Positions 8,261-17,674 of a stretch of 62,367 nt of DNA are shown one piece after another. Within the stretch, counting starts at the first letter, position 1. Every line of letters starts with the position of its first letter. Made by a program: the position numbers and the translations under genes. The notes under the pieces are model-generated. The model searched no databases. It saw nothing but the letters and a program-made list of their open reading frames with translations, and was not told where the DNA came from. Origin of the DNA: Bifidobacterium breve (GTDB lineage: Bacteria; Myxococcota_A; UBA796; SXON01); the NCBI GenBank assembly GCA_943328795.2, contig CALQBK020000003.1:1-62367 (forward strand), read 5' to 3'.

Positions 8261-11200
8261 TTAGAACTGCGCGCCGAGCGAGAAGGTGAAGCCCACGGGC
8301 ACGTGCGACGCGGTGTCGTCCGACGTGTCCGCGGTCCCTTGGTCGTTCGTGGACGTCAGCACGCCAGAGACGTCCGTGACCTCGCCGACCTTGTTGTTGT
8401 TCGCGTCCAGCACGTCGATCTTCCGGAAGCCCAGGTCGTACGCGATGCTGAAGTACACGTTCGGCAGGAACGCGTAGCCGCCCTCGACGTTGAAGGTCGT
8501 GTCGAAGGGCGTGGTGCCGCCGGCGAGGTACTCGGTGAAGTCCGTGTGGAAGAACAGCTTGGGGCCGACGTTCGCGCCGAGCTCGGCGCCCACGGCCAAC
8601 GAGCTGATGGCCACCTGGGTGAGGTCCACCGAGTTGGACTTGGACTGGATCGCCTGCACGTCAGACAGGTCGTAGCCGGCGCGGGCGCCAACCCAGAACT
8701 GGCTCGACCCGGACTCGAACGGGTAGCGACCGACGACGAGGCCGCGGACGTCCGTGACCCAGTCCCCGACGAGCTCGGCGTCCGCGCAAGGGCGACCGAG
8801 CGCCGCGCACAACGGCGCGGGGTCCAGGCTGTAGCGGCTGGACTTGACCTGGACCTCGGCGCCGACGTACTTCACCATCGGCAGCCAGAGCCGACCGTTC
8901 ACGTTGAAGCCCTGCGACAGCGCGTCGAGCTGGATCGGCTTCGGGAACAGCCCGGTGGTGGCCTGCAGCGGCTGCTGGTCGTACGAGTAGCCGGAGAGCA
9001 GGTAGCCGCCGCGTACGCGCAGCCAAGGGAACTCGCCTTCCGGCGCGGGGGTGCGCTCGGGCTTGACCTTCTCGACCTTGGCGACCGGCGCCGGCAACGG
9101 CGGAGGAGGCGTCGGGGTCGCGGGCTGCTGCGCGTAGGGGTCCCCGCCCGTCGTGAACGGGTTCGAGGACGTCCAGCCGGCGTCCGCGCCGCCGACGGGG
9201 ACGCGCATGAACTGGGACAGGAGCCCGTCGCGCGTCGCGACCGACACCTTGACCTCGCCCGTCGTGCCAGCGGGCACGCTGAGCGTCGCCGTGTAGTTCC
9301 CGTTGCCGACGTCGGACACCGCGCCGACGACGCCCGCCGACGTGAGGAAGTCGAGCTGTGCGCCGCCAACGCCGCGTCCTTCGGCGTTCTGGAGGTTCAG
9401 CTTCAGCGTGATCGTCCCGCCCGCCGAGATCGTCGCGGGGTCGGACGACATCGCCAGCTTCGTAGGCCGGTCGCCGGCCGCGGCGGGCAACGCCACCGGC
9501 ATCAGCACGGCGCCCGTGACCCCCTCGCGCTCGAGGCGGAGCGGCGAGATGGTCGCCGACCACTCGTCGACGAGGGTCGCTACGGCCTTCGGGGCGCTCG
9601 TGGGCAGGTCGGGCAAGGCCAGCGTGGTCGGGGCCTGGATGACGGTGACCGCCGCGTTCGCGTCGTTGGCGGTCGCCTCGATCGAGACCGTCTGCGCCTT
9701 GCGGCCCGCGGTGTAGTAGACCTGGACGGTGCCGTCGGGGCCGGTGGTCGCCGAGGCGGGGATGTTGCCGTCGCCGCTCAAGAGGCGCAGGTTCACCGGC
9801 ACATTGCCGATCGGGTAGCCGAAGTCGTCGACGGTGGCGACGGTGAGCAGCAGGGGCGTCATCCCGTCGTTCGCGACACGGTCTTTGCCGGGCACCAACA
9901 GCACGCGGGCGAACGGGTTGCCGGTGGCGGCCGTGGCGACGGACGCGGAGAGCTCCACGGGGCCGGTGCCTGTCGTCGAGAACGTGCCCTGGTAGTCGCC
10001 GTTCCGGAGGTCCTTGATCTCCTTGACCTTGCCGCCGTTCACGTTGAACGTGACCGCGCGGGAGCCGAGGCCCTGGCCGTCCGGCGCGGTCACCTTCGCG
10101 AAGACCTTGAACCCGTCGGCCGTAGCGGCCAGCGTGGTGGGCTCAGCGCTCAGTGCGACCTTTGCCGGGCGCACCGGGACGAGGTTCAGCGTGGTCGAGT
10201 CGCTCTGCACCGACGAGCCGCTGGGGAGCGTGACCGTGAGCGTCACCTGCGTGTTCGCGTTGCTGGTGGGCGGCGTGAACGTCGCGACGTAGACGCCGCC
10301 GCCCTCGTGCTTCGCTTGCGACAGGCTGCCGGCCGTCGCGGTCAGCGCGAGCACGGCGTTCTCGTCGGGCCGGCCGTCGGAGGTGACGACGAGCACGCGG
10401 ACGGGGATGCCGAGGCGGGCGTCCGCGGGGGCGGCCGTCGCTGTCGGGAACATCGCGATGCGGCGGGACTCGGGGATCTTCAGGTCGAGGGGCTCCTCGG
10501 TCACCTTGCCGTCTGCTGCGATCTCGGTCTTCGTCGCCGTTCCGGCGCCCGGAGGGACAATGATGGGCACGCGGGCGCGCCCCTGTGCGTCTGCCTGGAT
10601 GGGCCCGAACTCACGGCCGGCAATCTTGAGGATCACGCGAGAGTTGGCGCCGACTTGGACAGGGAAGTCGGCCTTGCCTTGCAGCGGGACCGCCGCCGAG
10701 CCGTACGTGTGCCCAGGGTCGCGCTTGTCGACCGCGGTGATGAGCAGCACCTGCGGGTACGGCGTAGCGGGGGCCGTGTACAGCGCGCTGAACTGCCCGG
10801 CGCCGAGGTTCGTGACGTTCTCGAGCGTGCCCGCGGTGACGGACGCGCGCAGGTCGACGCCGGCGAGCGCCTGGCGATCGCCGCCTGCCAGGTTGAGCGA
10901 AACGCTGGCCGTGCGGTCCTGCCCGAGCGTGATGGTGGTGGGGTTGACCGCGACGGACAGCTGGTGGCTGGTCGGCGGCGCGACCGCGACCGTCCACGTG
11001 CGAGCCAGGGGCTCCTTGGTCGGCAGCTTCGTCTTCAGGGACAGCGTGACAGACTGCTTCGCGTCCGCCTTCGCGGCGGTGAACGTGAACTTGTACAGGC
11101 CCCCGCCGAGCTCCGCCAGGTCCGTCGTCGTGCCGGCGGACGCCGTGGGCTTGCCCTTGAGCCCGGCGATGGGCTTCCCGTCTGGCGCGAGGGCCAGCAC

Positions 11201-11386
11201 GTAGAGGTCCGCCGTCGTCGCGCCGTCCCCGACCAGGCCCGTGGGCTGCAGCAGCTCGATGACGCCAACGCCCTCGAACACCGGTTCGGCCCAGGCGATC
11301 CCCGCGGTGGTGTGGGGAGAGACGAGCCCTGAGATCCCGAGGGACAGCTGGACGACGAGAGGGGCAACAACGAGACGGCGCAACAT
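8261..11386 (-). CDS. Large surface protein: tandem invasin/Big-like Ig domains, Pro-rich linker, C-terminal beta-barrel
   Basis: Signal ending AWA; five repeats such as DLRNGDYQGTF, DVGNGNYTATL, HEGGGVYVATF; PTPPPPLP linker; terminal FTFSLGAQF. Confidence 0.8.
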   Translation of the reverse strand: MLRRLVVAPLVVQLSLGISGLVSPHTTAGIAWAEPVFEGVGVIELLQPTGLVGDGATTADLYVLALAPDGKPIAGLKGKPTASAGTTTDLAELGGGLYKFTFTAAKADAKQSVTLSLKTKLPTKEPLARTWTVAVAPPTSHQLSVAVNPTTITLGQDRTASVSLNLAGGDRQALAGVDLRASVTAGTLENVTNLGAGQFSALYTAPATPYPQVLLITAVDKRDPGHTYGSAAVPLQGKADFPVQVGANSRVILKIAGREFGPIQADAQGRARVPIIVPPGAGTATKTEIAADGKVTEEPLDLKIPESRRIAMFPTATAAPADARLGIPVRVLVVTSDGRPDENAVLALTATAGSLSQAKHEGGGVYVATFTPPTSNANTQVTLTVTLPSGSSVQSDSTTLNLVPVRPAKVALSAEPTTLAATADGFKVFAKVTAPDGQGLGSRAVTFNVNGGKVKEIKDLRNGDYQGTFSTTGTGPVELSASVATAATGNPFARVLLVPGKDRVANDGMTPLLLTVATVDDFGYPIGNVPVNLRLLSGDGNIPASATTGPDGTVQVYYTAGRKAQTVSIEATANDANAAVTVIQAPTTLALPDLPTSAPKAVATLVDEWSATISPLRLEREGVTGAVLMPVALPAAAGDRPTKLAMSSDPATISAGGTITLKLNLQNAEGRGVGGAQLDFLTSAGVVGAVSDVGNGNYTATLSVPAGTTGEVKVSVATRDGLLSQFMRVPVGGADAGWTSSNPFTTGGDPYAQQPATPTPPPPLPAPVAKVEKVKPERTPAPEGEFPWLRVRGGYLLSGYSYDQQPLQATTGLFPKPIQLDALSQGFNVNGRLWLPMVKYVGAEVQVKSSRYSLDPAPLCAALGRPCADAELVGDWVTDVRGLVVGRYPFESGSSQFWVGARAGYDLSDVQAIQSKSNSVDLTQVAISSLAVGAELGANVGPKLFFHTDFTEYLAGGTTPFDTTFNVEGGYAFLPNVYFSIAYDLGFRKIDVLDANNNKVGEVTDVSGVLTSTNDQGTADTSDDTASHVPVGFTFSLGAQF

Positions 11387-11482
11387 GAGAAGGCTCCGAG
11401 CTTGGGGGTCAGGGCGGCCGGGGCAGCCCCAGGCGAGGGTCCGGTAGGGTAAGGGGGGCCTTGTATCCGTGTCAATGAGCGT

Positions 11483-12241
11483 GTGCGTACCGTGTCAGCC
11501 CCTTCCGAGACTTTGCACGCCTTTGACCACCACGCTGGCGAGTACAGTCCGTGGGAGCGGCACCCGACGGCGCAGGCGTGGCGCGCCCGGGTGATCGCTG
11601 CGTGTGCGCGGCGTTTTCCCGCGGGGGGCCGGGTGCTGGACGTCGGCGGAGGCACGGGGGTGGACGCCACGATCTTGGGTGCGCTCGGGTTCGACGTCGT
11701 GGTGATCGAGCCATCCGAGGGGATGGGGGCCGTGGCTCGGGGCAGGGGCGTCCACGTGGTGCGTGGCGGTGTGGACGACCTGGCGAGCCGCTCCGACCTC
11801 GGGACGTTTGACGCCGTGCTGTCGAACTTCGGCGCGTTGAACTGCGTCGCTGACCTCGTGCCGCTTCGAGCGGGCTTGGAGGCGCGCCTGCGGCCAGGCG
11901 GCGTCGCCGTGCTCGTCGTCATGGGCCCGTTTGCGCTCGGCGAGTCCGCTGCGCTCCTGCTGCGTGGGCGCGTCCGGGCGCTCGCGCGCCGGCGGCGTTC
12001 GGTGGTCCCGCTCGGGTCACACGGCGTGGCGGTCAGTTGGTGGTCCGCGCGCGGGCTCGCCCGGGCGCTGCCCGGCTTCTCGCTCACGCACGTCGAGGCG
12101 CTCGGCGCGGTCGCCCCGCCGCCGGACCTTCACCCCGGCAGTCGTCGACTCGCCACGTGGGACCGCCGCCTCGGCGCGCTGCCCGGCCTCCGGGCCGTCG
12201 GCGATCACACGCTCTGTGTGTTTCAGCGGGCGCGCGTTTGA
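11483..12241 (+). CDS. Class I SAM-dependent methyltransferase
   Basis: VLDVGGGTG, FDAVLSNFGALNC, LRPGG; exact start uncertain. Confidence 0.88.
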   Translation: MRTVSAPSETLHAFDHHAGEYSPWERHPTAQAWRARVIAACARRFPAGGRVLDVGGGTGVDATILGALGFDVVVIEPSEGMGAVARGRGVHVVRGGVDDLASRSDLGTFDAVLSNFGALNCVADLVPLRAGLEARLRPGGVAVLVVMGPFALGESAALLLRGRVRALARRRRSVVPLGSHGVAVSWWSARGLARALPGFSLTHVEALGAVAPPPDLHPGSRRLATWDRRLGALPGLRAVGDHTLCVFQRARV

Positions 12242-13728
12242 CCGGCGGCCAGCCCGTGAACGTCGTCCTCTACAACCCGCGCGCGCAGCGGTCCCATCGC
12301 CGCTTGCCGCTCTCTCTGCTCGCGCTCGCCCGCGTGATCCCCGCCGAGCACCCCTGGACGCTGGTGGACGACAACGTCGACCCCGGCGCCGCGGCCGCGC
12401 TCGAGCACGCGTGCAGCAAGCCGAACACCGTCCTGTTCGTCACGGTGATGCCCGGCCCGCAGCTGCGCGTCGCCGTACCGACGTGCCGCCGGCTGAAGGC
12501 CCAGTTCCCGGCGCTCCAGGTCTGGTGGGGCGGCTACTTTCCAGGGATTCACGCCGACGCGTGCCTCGCCGAGCCGTGGCTCGACGGCGTGGTCACCGGG
12601 CTCGGGGAGGGGACGGTGCCCGCGCTGCTCGGCGCGCTCTCGTCGGGCGCAGGCCGGCTCGCGGCGCTCGCCCTGGTCCCCGGGCTGGCGATGCGGGACG
12701 GCGCAGCGGTGGTCCGCACCCCGGGCGCCCCGCTCCAAGCCTCGTCGGCGTTCCCCGACTTCCCGTACGAGCGGCTCGACATGGATCGCTACGCTGCCCG
12801 CACCTTCCTCGGCGAGCGCACGTTCAACCACCACTCCAGCGTTGGGTGCCCGTACGTCTGCAACTTCTGCGCGGTCGTGAACGTCTACGCCGGGCGGTGG
12901 CTGCCCGATCCCGCAGACCACGTCGTCCGCGTCGTGCACCGCCTCGTACGTGAGCACCGCGCCGACGCGATCGAGTTCCACGACAACAACTTCTTCGCGT
13001 GGGAGAAGCGCACGCGCGACGTGGCCGAGGGGATCGAGCGCCTGGGCGTCTCGTGGTGGGGCGAAGGGCGCATCGACACGATGCTCGGGTTCTCCGGGGA
13101 GACCTGGGAGGCGATGGCGCGGTCCGGCCTGCGCATGGTGTTCTACGGCGCGGAGAGCGGCGATGACGAGGTGCTCGAGCGCATGGACAAGGGGGGCTTG
13201 CGCGTCGCGGACATCGGCAGCCTGAACCGGCTGGCCCGGCGGCACGGCGTGGTGCCCGAGTTCAGCTTCGTGCTCGGCACCCCGGGCGACCCCGAGCGCG
13301 AGGCGGAGCGCACGTTCTCGCTGATCCGCACGCTCAAGCGGGACAACCCCGACTGCGAGATCATCCTCTACCTCTACACCCCGGTCCCGCTGCCGGGGAT
13401 GTTCGACACCGCGGCGGCAGGCGGGTTTTCCTTCCCGCGTACGCTCGATGACTGGCTGAACCCGCCGTGGTCGAACTTCGCGCAGCGCCGCAACCCGCTC
13501 ACGCCGTGGATCACGCCGCGGCTGATCCGGCGCGTGTCGGAATTCGAGACGGTGCTGAACGCGCGGTACCCGACGTCCACCGACATCCGGCTCGGCGACA
13601 CCGCCCGCCGCGCGTTGCGTGTGCTGGGGCGGCTGCGGTGGGAGACGGGCCTGCTCCGTGCGCCGATCGAGCTGCGCGCGCTGCACAAGCTCGTGCGCTA
13701 CCGGCAGCCCGAAGAGATGGGTTTTTGA
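12238..13728 (+). CDS. B12-binding radical SAM protein
   Basis: LPLSLLALA, WGGYFP, GLGE; SVGCPYVCNFC; GAESG; TTG start overlaps the methyltransferase stop. Confidence 0.92.
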   Translation: MTGGQPVNVVLYNPRAQRSHRRLPLSLLALARVIPAEHPWTLVDDNVDPGAAAALEHACSKPNTVLFVTVMPGPQLRVAVPTCRRLKAQFPALQVWWGGYFPGIHADACLAEPWLDGVVTGLGEGTVPALLGALSSGAGRLAALALVPGLAMRDGAAVVRTPGAPLQASSAFPDFPYERLDMDRYAARTFLGERTFNHHSSVGCPYVCNFCAVVNVYAGRWLPDPADHVVRVVHRLVREHRADAIEFHDNNFFAWEKRTRDVAEGIERLGVSWWGEGRIDTMLGFSGETWEAMARSGLRMVFYGAESGDDEVLERMDKGGLRVADIGSLNRLARRHGVVPEFSFVLGTPGDPEREAERTFSLIRTLKRDNPDCEIILYLYTPVPLPGMFDTAAAGGFSFPRTLDDWLNPPWSNFAQRRNPLTPWITPRLIRRVSEFETVLNARYPTSTDIRLGDTARRALRVLGRLRWETGLLRAPIELRALHKLVRYRQPEEMGF

Positions 13729-13767
13729 GCGTCGACGCTCGGTCCCAAGCCTCGCGCACGCTCCGAG

Positions 13768-14115
13768 CTAGCGGCGCTTGCTCGAGCTCGGCGGGACGCC
13801 GGGCGCCAACGGGTCCTGCGCGTTCCGGAAGTGCGTAGGAAAGCAGCCGAGCTGGTACTGCCCGGGCCCAAGCCGCGAGATCGTCCACCGCCGCCACGCG
13901 TCCTCGTGCGGATCCTTGCCCGAGAGCATCCACGCGACGGTGCTCGAGGGCGGGCCGTCTACCCAGCCGACGACAGTGTCGAGCAGGTACGGCACACACC
14001 GGGCCTCGATCGCGATGTCGAGCGGCTTGCCGGACTCGGTGACCGACCCGAGGCGGGTCGCGAGATCGCGGATGGTCTGGCCCTTCGTGAGGCTTGCGCC
14101 GATGACTGCGCTCAT
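13768..14115 (-). CDS. Hypothetical protein
   Basis: ATG overlaps the Rieske gene stop (ATGA); 115 aa, GC3-biased. Confidence 0.7.
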   Translation of the reverse strand: MSAVIGASLTKGQTIRDLATRLGSVTESGKPLDIAIEARCVPYLLDTVVGWVDGPPSSTVAWMLSGKDPHEDAWRRWTISRLGPGQYQLGCFPTHFRNAQDPLAPGVPPSSSKRR

Positions 14116-14591
14116 AGGGTGATCACCTTCAAACCGTCGTTGTGGGCTCCGCCGCGCATCGTCGTGCCCGGCGTGAGGATGGGACCGACTTGGATGAAGC
14201 CGTCTTGGACGCGCACCGCGTACGTCTCGAGCCGGGAGTCCGGCTGGGTCGTGCACTTCCCGGTGGTGAAGTCGTACTCCCAGTCGTGGTACGGGCACGT
14301 GACCAGGCAGCCCTTGATCTCGCCTTCGCCGACTGGGCCATCCTCGTGGCGGCACTCGTTGTCGATCGCGTAGTACGTGCCGTCCTTCAAGAACACGGCC
14401 ACGACGCGGTTGTTGTTGTGTGCGTAGGTGCCCGCGGCGCCTTCCTTGATCGCACCGACGGGGGCGACCACCCGGTAGCCGTCCGGGGTGTCCTTGCCGA
14501 CGCCGACGACCGCGCGCGCGCCGGAGGCCTTCGCGTCACCGCCCCCGATGACCTTCTTCACCGCGCCCTTGAGCTTGTCCCGAAGTCCCAT
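14112..14591 (-). CDS. Rieske [2Fe-2S] ferredoxin
   Basis: CRHEDGP and CPYHDWEYD ligand motifs; GGAGG SD upstream. Confidence 0.92.
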   Translation of the reverse strand: MGLRDKLKGAVKKVIGGGDAKASGARAVVGVGKDTPDGYRVVAPVGAIKEGAAGTYAHNNNRVVAVFLKDGTYYAIDNECRHEDGPVGEGEIKGCLVTCPYHDWEYDFTTGKCTTQPDSRLETYAVRVQDGFIQVGPILTPGTTMRGGAHNDGLKVITL

Positions 14592-14592
14592 C

Positions 14593-15135
14593 TCACGCCT
14601 CCGCAGACTTGAGTTGACCAAAGCCCTTCGCCGGGCGCCAACAGGCGTCCAGCGCCTCGGTAGCGGCCCACAGCATCAGGAACACCAGGGCGGACTGCTC
14701 CGGGTCCATCTCGATCTCGCCCTCCTTGCGGTCCTCGCGCTCGAACAGCGCGTGGAGCGCCTCGTCGAGGATGTGGGGCTGCGCGCGGTCAGCGACCGAG
14801 CGGACGCGGGCTGGGAAGTCGGCGCTGACGGGCATCAGGCCCGCCGAGCGTACGGCGGCCTGCACCTTCGCGGTGGCCTTCTCGATCTCGATGGCGCCCG
14901 CGCGGTCGAGCTTGCCGCCGCTCTGCTCGAAGATGCGGACGACGACCGCGAGCAGGTACAACGAGACCTCCCCCGGCTGGTCGGCCATCGTGGGGATGTT
15001 GCTCTTGAAGAAGCGGACGACGCGCGACTGGTTCTCCAGCGCGCGCTTCGCCATCGTCTGGAACGACATGCCGGCTTCCGCGCACGCCTCCGACAGGCGG
15101 TGGACTTGATCACGAGGGATAGCCGGATTGCTCAC
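14593..15135 (-). CDS. Hypothetical alpha-helical protein
   Basis: GTG start (MSNPAIPRDQ...), strong coding bias, abuts the Rieske gene. Confidence 0.75.
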   Translation of the reverse strand: MSNPAIPRDQVHRLSEACAEAGMSFQTMAKRALENQSRVVRFFKSNIPTMADQPGEVSLYLLAVVVRIFEQSGGKLDRAGAIEIEKATAKVQAAVRSAGLMPVSADFPARVRSVADRAQPHILDEALHALFEREDRKEGEIEMDPEQSALVFLMLWAATEALDACWRPAKGFGQLKSAEA

Positions 15136-15163
15136 GCAGACTCTCTTGGGAACGGGCGGGTGT

Positions 15164-15742
15164 TTATCGCGGACCGGGCCAGCCGGCGAGCGAAGCCGCG
15201 GGTTCGGCGGCGCGCGCTGCTCCCCGCGCGGCTCGCTCGCACGCAGCGCGGTTCGCCACCCACTGCGCGTGCGCCCCCGGCCCGACGGCGTTGGTGATGC
15301 CGAGCACGCCGGCCCACGGGACCCCCGCGCGTACACACGCGAGCGCGACGCCGTACAGCTCCATGTGCTCGACCTGCGCGTCCTGGCCGTACCGCGCCGC
15401 CAAGGCGGGATCGGTGGTGATCGCGACGTTGGTGACCACGCGCGCCGCCCGCAAGCCCGGCAGCGGGTGGCCGTCGAGCGGGACGGGGTGGCGCGGGCTG
15501 TACCCGAGCCCGAGGGCGAGCGCGGCGTCCCCCAACCGCGCGTCCTGGGCGGTGATCACGTCGCCGATGCCGACCCCGGACCCGGGGAGCGCCCCCGCGG
15601 TGCCGACGAACACGACGGCCGTCGGCTTCACGCGGGCGACGAGCGCGGCGGTCGCCAACAGTGCGTCCAAGAGCCCGATGCCGACGGGCTCGCCGGGCAA
15701 GTCCCCAAGCTCGGCGGGGACGGCGCTGCAGTAGAGGATCAC
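15164..15742 (-). CDS. Nucleoside phosphorylase-fold protein (futalosine hydrolase MqnB/MTA nucleosidase-like)
   Basis: VGIG, FVGTAG, EHMELYGVA, GITNAVG; GTG start overlaps the ppk2 stop. Confidence 0.7.
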   Translation of the reverse strand: MILYCSAVPAELGDLPGEPVGIGLLDALLATAALVARVKPTAVVFVGTAGALPGSGVGIGDVITAQDARLGDAALALGLGYSPRHPVPLDGHPLPGLRAARVVTNVAITTDPALAARYGQDAQVEHMELYGVALACVRAGVPWAGVLGITNAVGPGAHAQWVANRAACERAARGAARAAEPAASLAGWPGPR

Positions 15743-16545
15743 GGCAGAATCTTGATCGCTTTCGGGTCGTAGTTCGGCTCCGGGTACTGCGGGTCCATGT
15801 CCTCGAGCGTCTCCACCAACAGCCGGGCGACGGCGATGTCCCGCGCCCACTTGCGGTCGGCCGAGACGATGTGCCAAGGCGCGTGCTGGGTGCTCGTGCG
15901 CTCGAAACAGTCCTCGTAGGCCTCTTGGAAGTCGTCCCACTTCGCGCGCATGTCGAGGTCCCGCGGGTCAAACTTCCAGTTCTTCTCGGGGATGTCGAGC
16001 CGCTCTTGCAGCCGGCGGCCTTGCTCCGCCTTCGAGATGTGCAAGAAGATCTTCACGACGCGCGTGCCCTCGTCGTGCAACATCTCCTCGAACGCGTTGA
16101 TGTGGTCAAAACGACGCGACCAGCGCGCCTTGGGCACGAGGTCGAGCACCCGCACGACCAGCACGTCTTCGTAGTGGGAGCGGTTGAAGAGCGTGAGCTC
16201 GCCCTTCCGGGGGCAACGCGCGTGTACGCGCCAGAGGTAGTCGTGCCCGGCCTCCTCGCCCGCGGGCGCCTTGAAGCTGTAGACGGACACCCCGCGCGAG
16301 TCGAGCGGCCCGGCGACCTTGCGCAGCACGCCGTCCTTGCCAGCGGCGTCCATCGCCTGGAGCACGACCAGCAGCGACTGCTTCGCCCCCGCCATCAGCC
16401 GCTCTTGCAGCTCAGAGAGGCGCGCGAGCAGCTTCGCGAGGTCCTCGATGGCCTGCGGGTCGTCCTTGCCGCTGTACCCATTGCGGGCATCGGTCGGGAG
16501 GTCACGCAGCGAGACCTTGGCGCCAGGGTGGACAACGGTGATCAA
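15739..16545 (-). CDS. ppk2: Polyphosphate kinase 2 family (class III-like)
   Basis: LQAMDAAGKDG, HDYLWR, FNRSHYEDVLVVRV, KIFLHISK, APWHIVSAD. Confidence 0.93.
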   Translation of the reverse strand: MITVVHPGAKVSLRDLPTDARNGYSGKDDPQAIEDLAKLLARLSELQERLMAGAKQSLLVVLQAMDAAGKDGVLRKVAGPLDSRGVSVYSFKAPAGEEAGHDYLWRVHARCPRKGELTLFNRSHYEDVLVVRVLDLVPKARWSRRFDHINAFEEMLHDEGTRVVKIFLHISKAEQGRRLQERLDIPEKNWKFDPRDLDMRAKWDDFQEAYEDCFERTSTQHAPWHIVSADRKWARDIAVARLLVETLEDMDPQYPEPNYDPKAIKILP

Positions 16546-17477
16546 AGGACCTCCTCGAGCAAGACGGTGGCGTAGCTCCCAGCGGGGAGAGAAAAGCGAA
16601 TCCAGAAGCTCGGCCCGCCGGGCCCGGGGGGCACGACGTCCACCTGCGGGTCGACGTCCACCCAGAGCGCGCGCCGCGTGCCCTGCGTGAGCTTCGGAAA
16701 GCGCTGCCAGGCGTCGTTCGGCAGCGCGGCCTCGGCGAGCACCGCGCGCTCGAGCTCAGCGGCTTCGCCCGTCGGCCAGTCCATCGTCGGGCCGAACATC
16801 GGGCCCGTGGGGATCCCGCCGACCTCCAGGTCACCCTGCAGCCGCGCGCGCCCCCGCCGGGCGAGCACCCGGTTGAACAGCACGCTCTGGTACGCGGACA
16901 GCGTGAACTTGAGCTGGTTGTAGTTGAGCCGGGGCCCACCCCCGCGCAGGATGGCCTCCCCCTGGAGCGGCGCCTCGCCGCCCACGCGCTGGACGCCGTA
17001 GTAGTTGGGCATCCCCGACGCCTTCAACGCGGCGCAGCGGACCCGCGCGACCTCGGGGTCACCCCCGCGGATCCGCAGCTCGAACCGGTTGCCGGCGAGC
17101 TGGCCGACGCGCAGGCGCTTGCGGGTGCGGGTCGCCGCGAGGATCGTGTACCCGTCGAGCGCCTCGATGGGCTTGCCGAGCTGCACCGTAAAGTCCTGGG
17201 TCGTCCGCGCGTACCGGTCCTTCATCCCGGCGTAGCCGACGGCGTCGGGGCTCACGCCCGCGGCCCGGGCGAGCGCGTCCACGACATCCAGCGTGGTTCG
17301 GCCGACCTTCTCGACCCGGAACCACTGGTGCTCGCCCTCCCCGGTGGGCTCGGAGAGGGGGTTCTCGACGACCACGAAGTCGTCCGGCGACTCCTTCCAG
17401 GTACCACCGGCGCCGGGCCCTTCGGTCCAGCGGGGGAGGGCGCCATCGGCGCGGTAGCCAGGTTGCCAGGGGATCAC
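16542..17477 (-). CDS. truD: tRNA pseudouridine(13) synthase
   Basis: DDFVVVE, GEGEH, GYAGMKDR, GNRFEL, PNYYGVQR, LPAGSYAT. Confidence 0.93.
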   Translation of the reverse strand: MIPWQPGYRADGALPRWTEGPGAGGTWKESPDDFVVVENPLSEPTGEGEHQWFRVEKVGRTTLDVVDALARAAGVSPDAVGYAGMKDRYARTTQDFTVQLGKPIEALDGYTILAATRTRKRLRVGQLAGNRFELRIRGGDPEVARVRCAALKASGMPNYYGVQRVGGEAPLQGEAILRGGGPRLNYNQLKFTLSAYQSVLFNRVLARRGRARLQGDLEVGGIPTGPMFGPTMDWPTGEAAELERAVLAEAALPNDAWQRFPKLTQGTRRALWVDVDPQVDVVPPGPGGPSFWIRFSLPAGSYATVLLEEVL

Positions 17478-17578
17478 GACTGGGGCGCCGGGGAGGGGAG
17501 GGGCATGGCTGGGGTCTATCGCGCCGCGGCGTCGGGCCGCGGCATCGGGCCGCGGTGTCGGGCCTGCGTGTCGAACCC

Positions 17579-17610
17579 CTTGACGCCTCCGCGCCCGTGA
17601 TTCCTATTCT
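17579..17610 (+). promoter_or_regulatory. Putative promoter of the hsp20 pair
   Basis: CTTGACG...CCTATTCT. TTGACG/TATTCT spacing is 19 nt; it also loosely resembles heat-shock CTTGA..CCTAT promoters. Confidence 0.4.
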
Positions 17611-17674
17611 GGCGTCGGGCCGGAGAGCGGTGGTCGCTCCTCACGGCCCCAAAACCAACTGCAAAGAGGCAGCA

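Noticed and set aside
8303-11332. 1009-aa plus-strand ORF and the many similar overlapping long ORFs in the track
   Set aside because: Antisense or alternative-frame shadows of genes with clear motifs and GC3 bias
15186-15240. Imperfect inverted repeat GCGAGCGAAGCCGCG / CGCGGCTCGCTCGC
   Set aside because: Lies within an Ala/Arg-rich coding tail in very GC-rich DNA; may be chance
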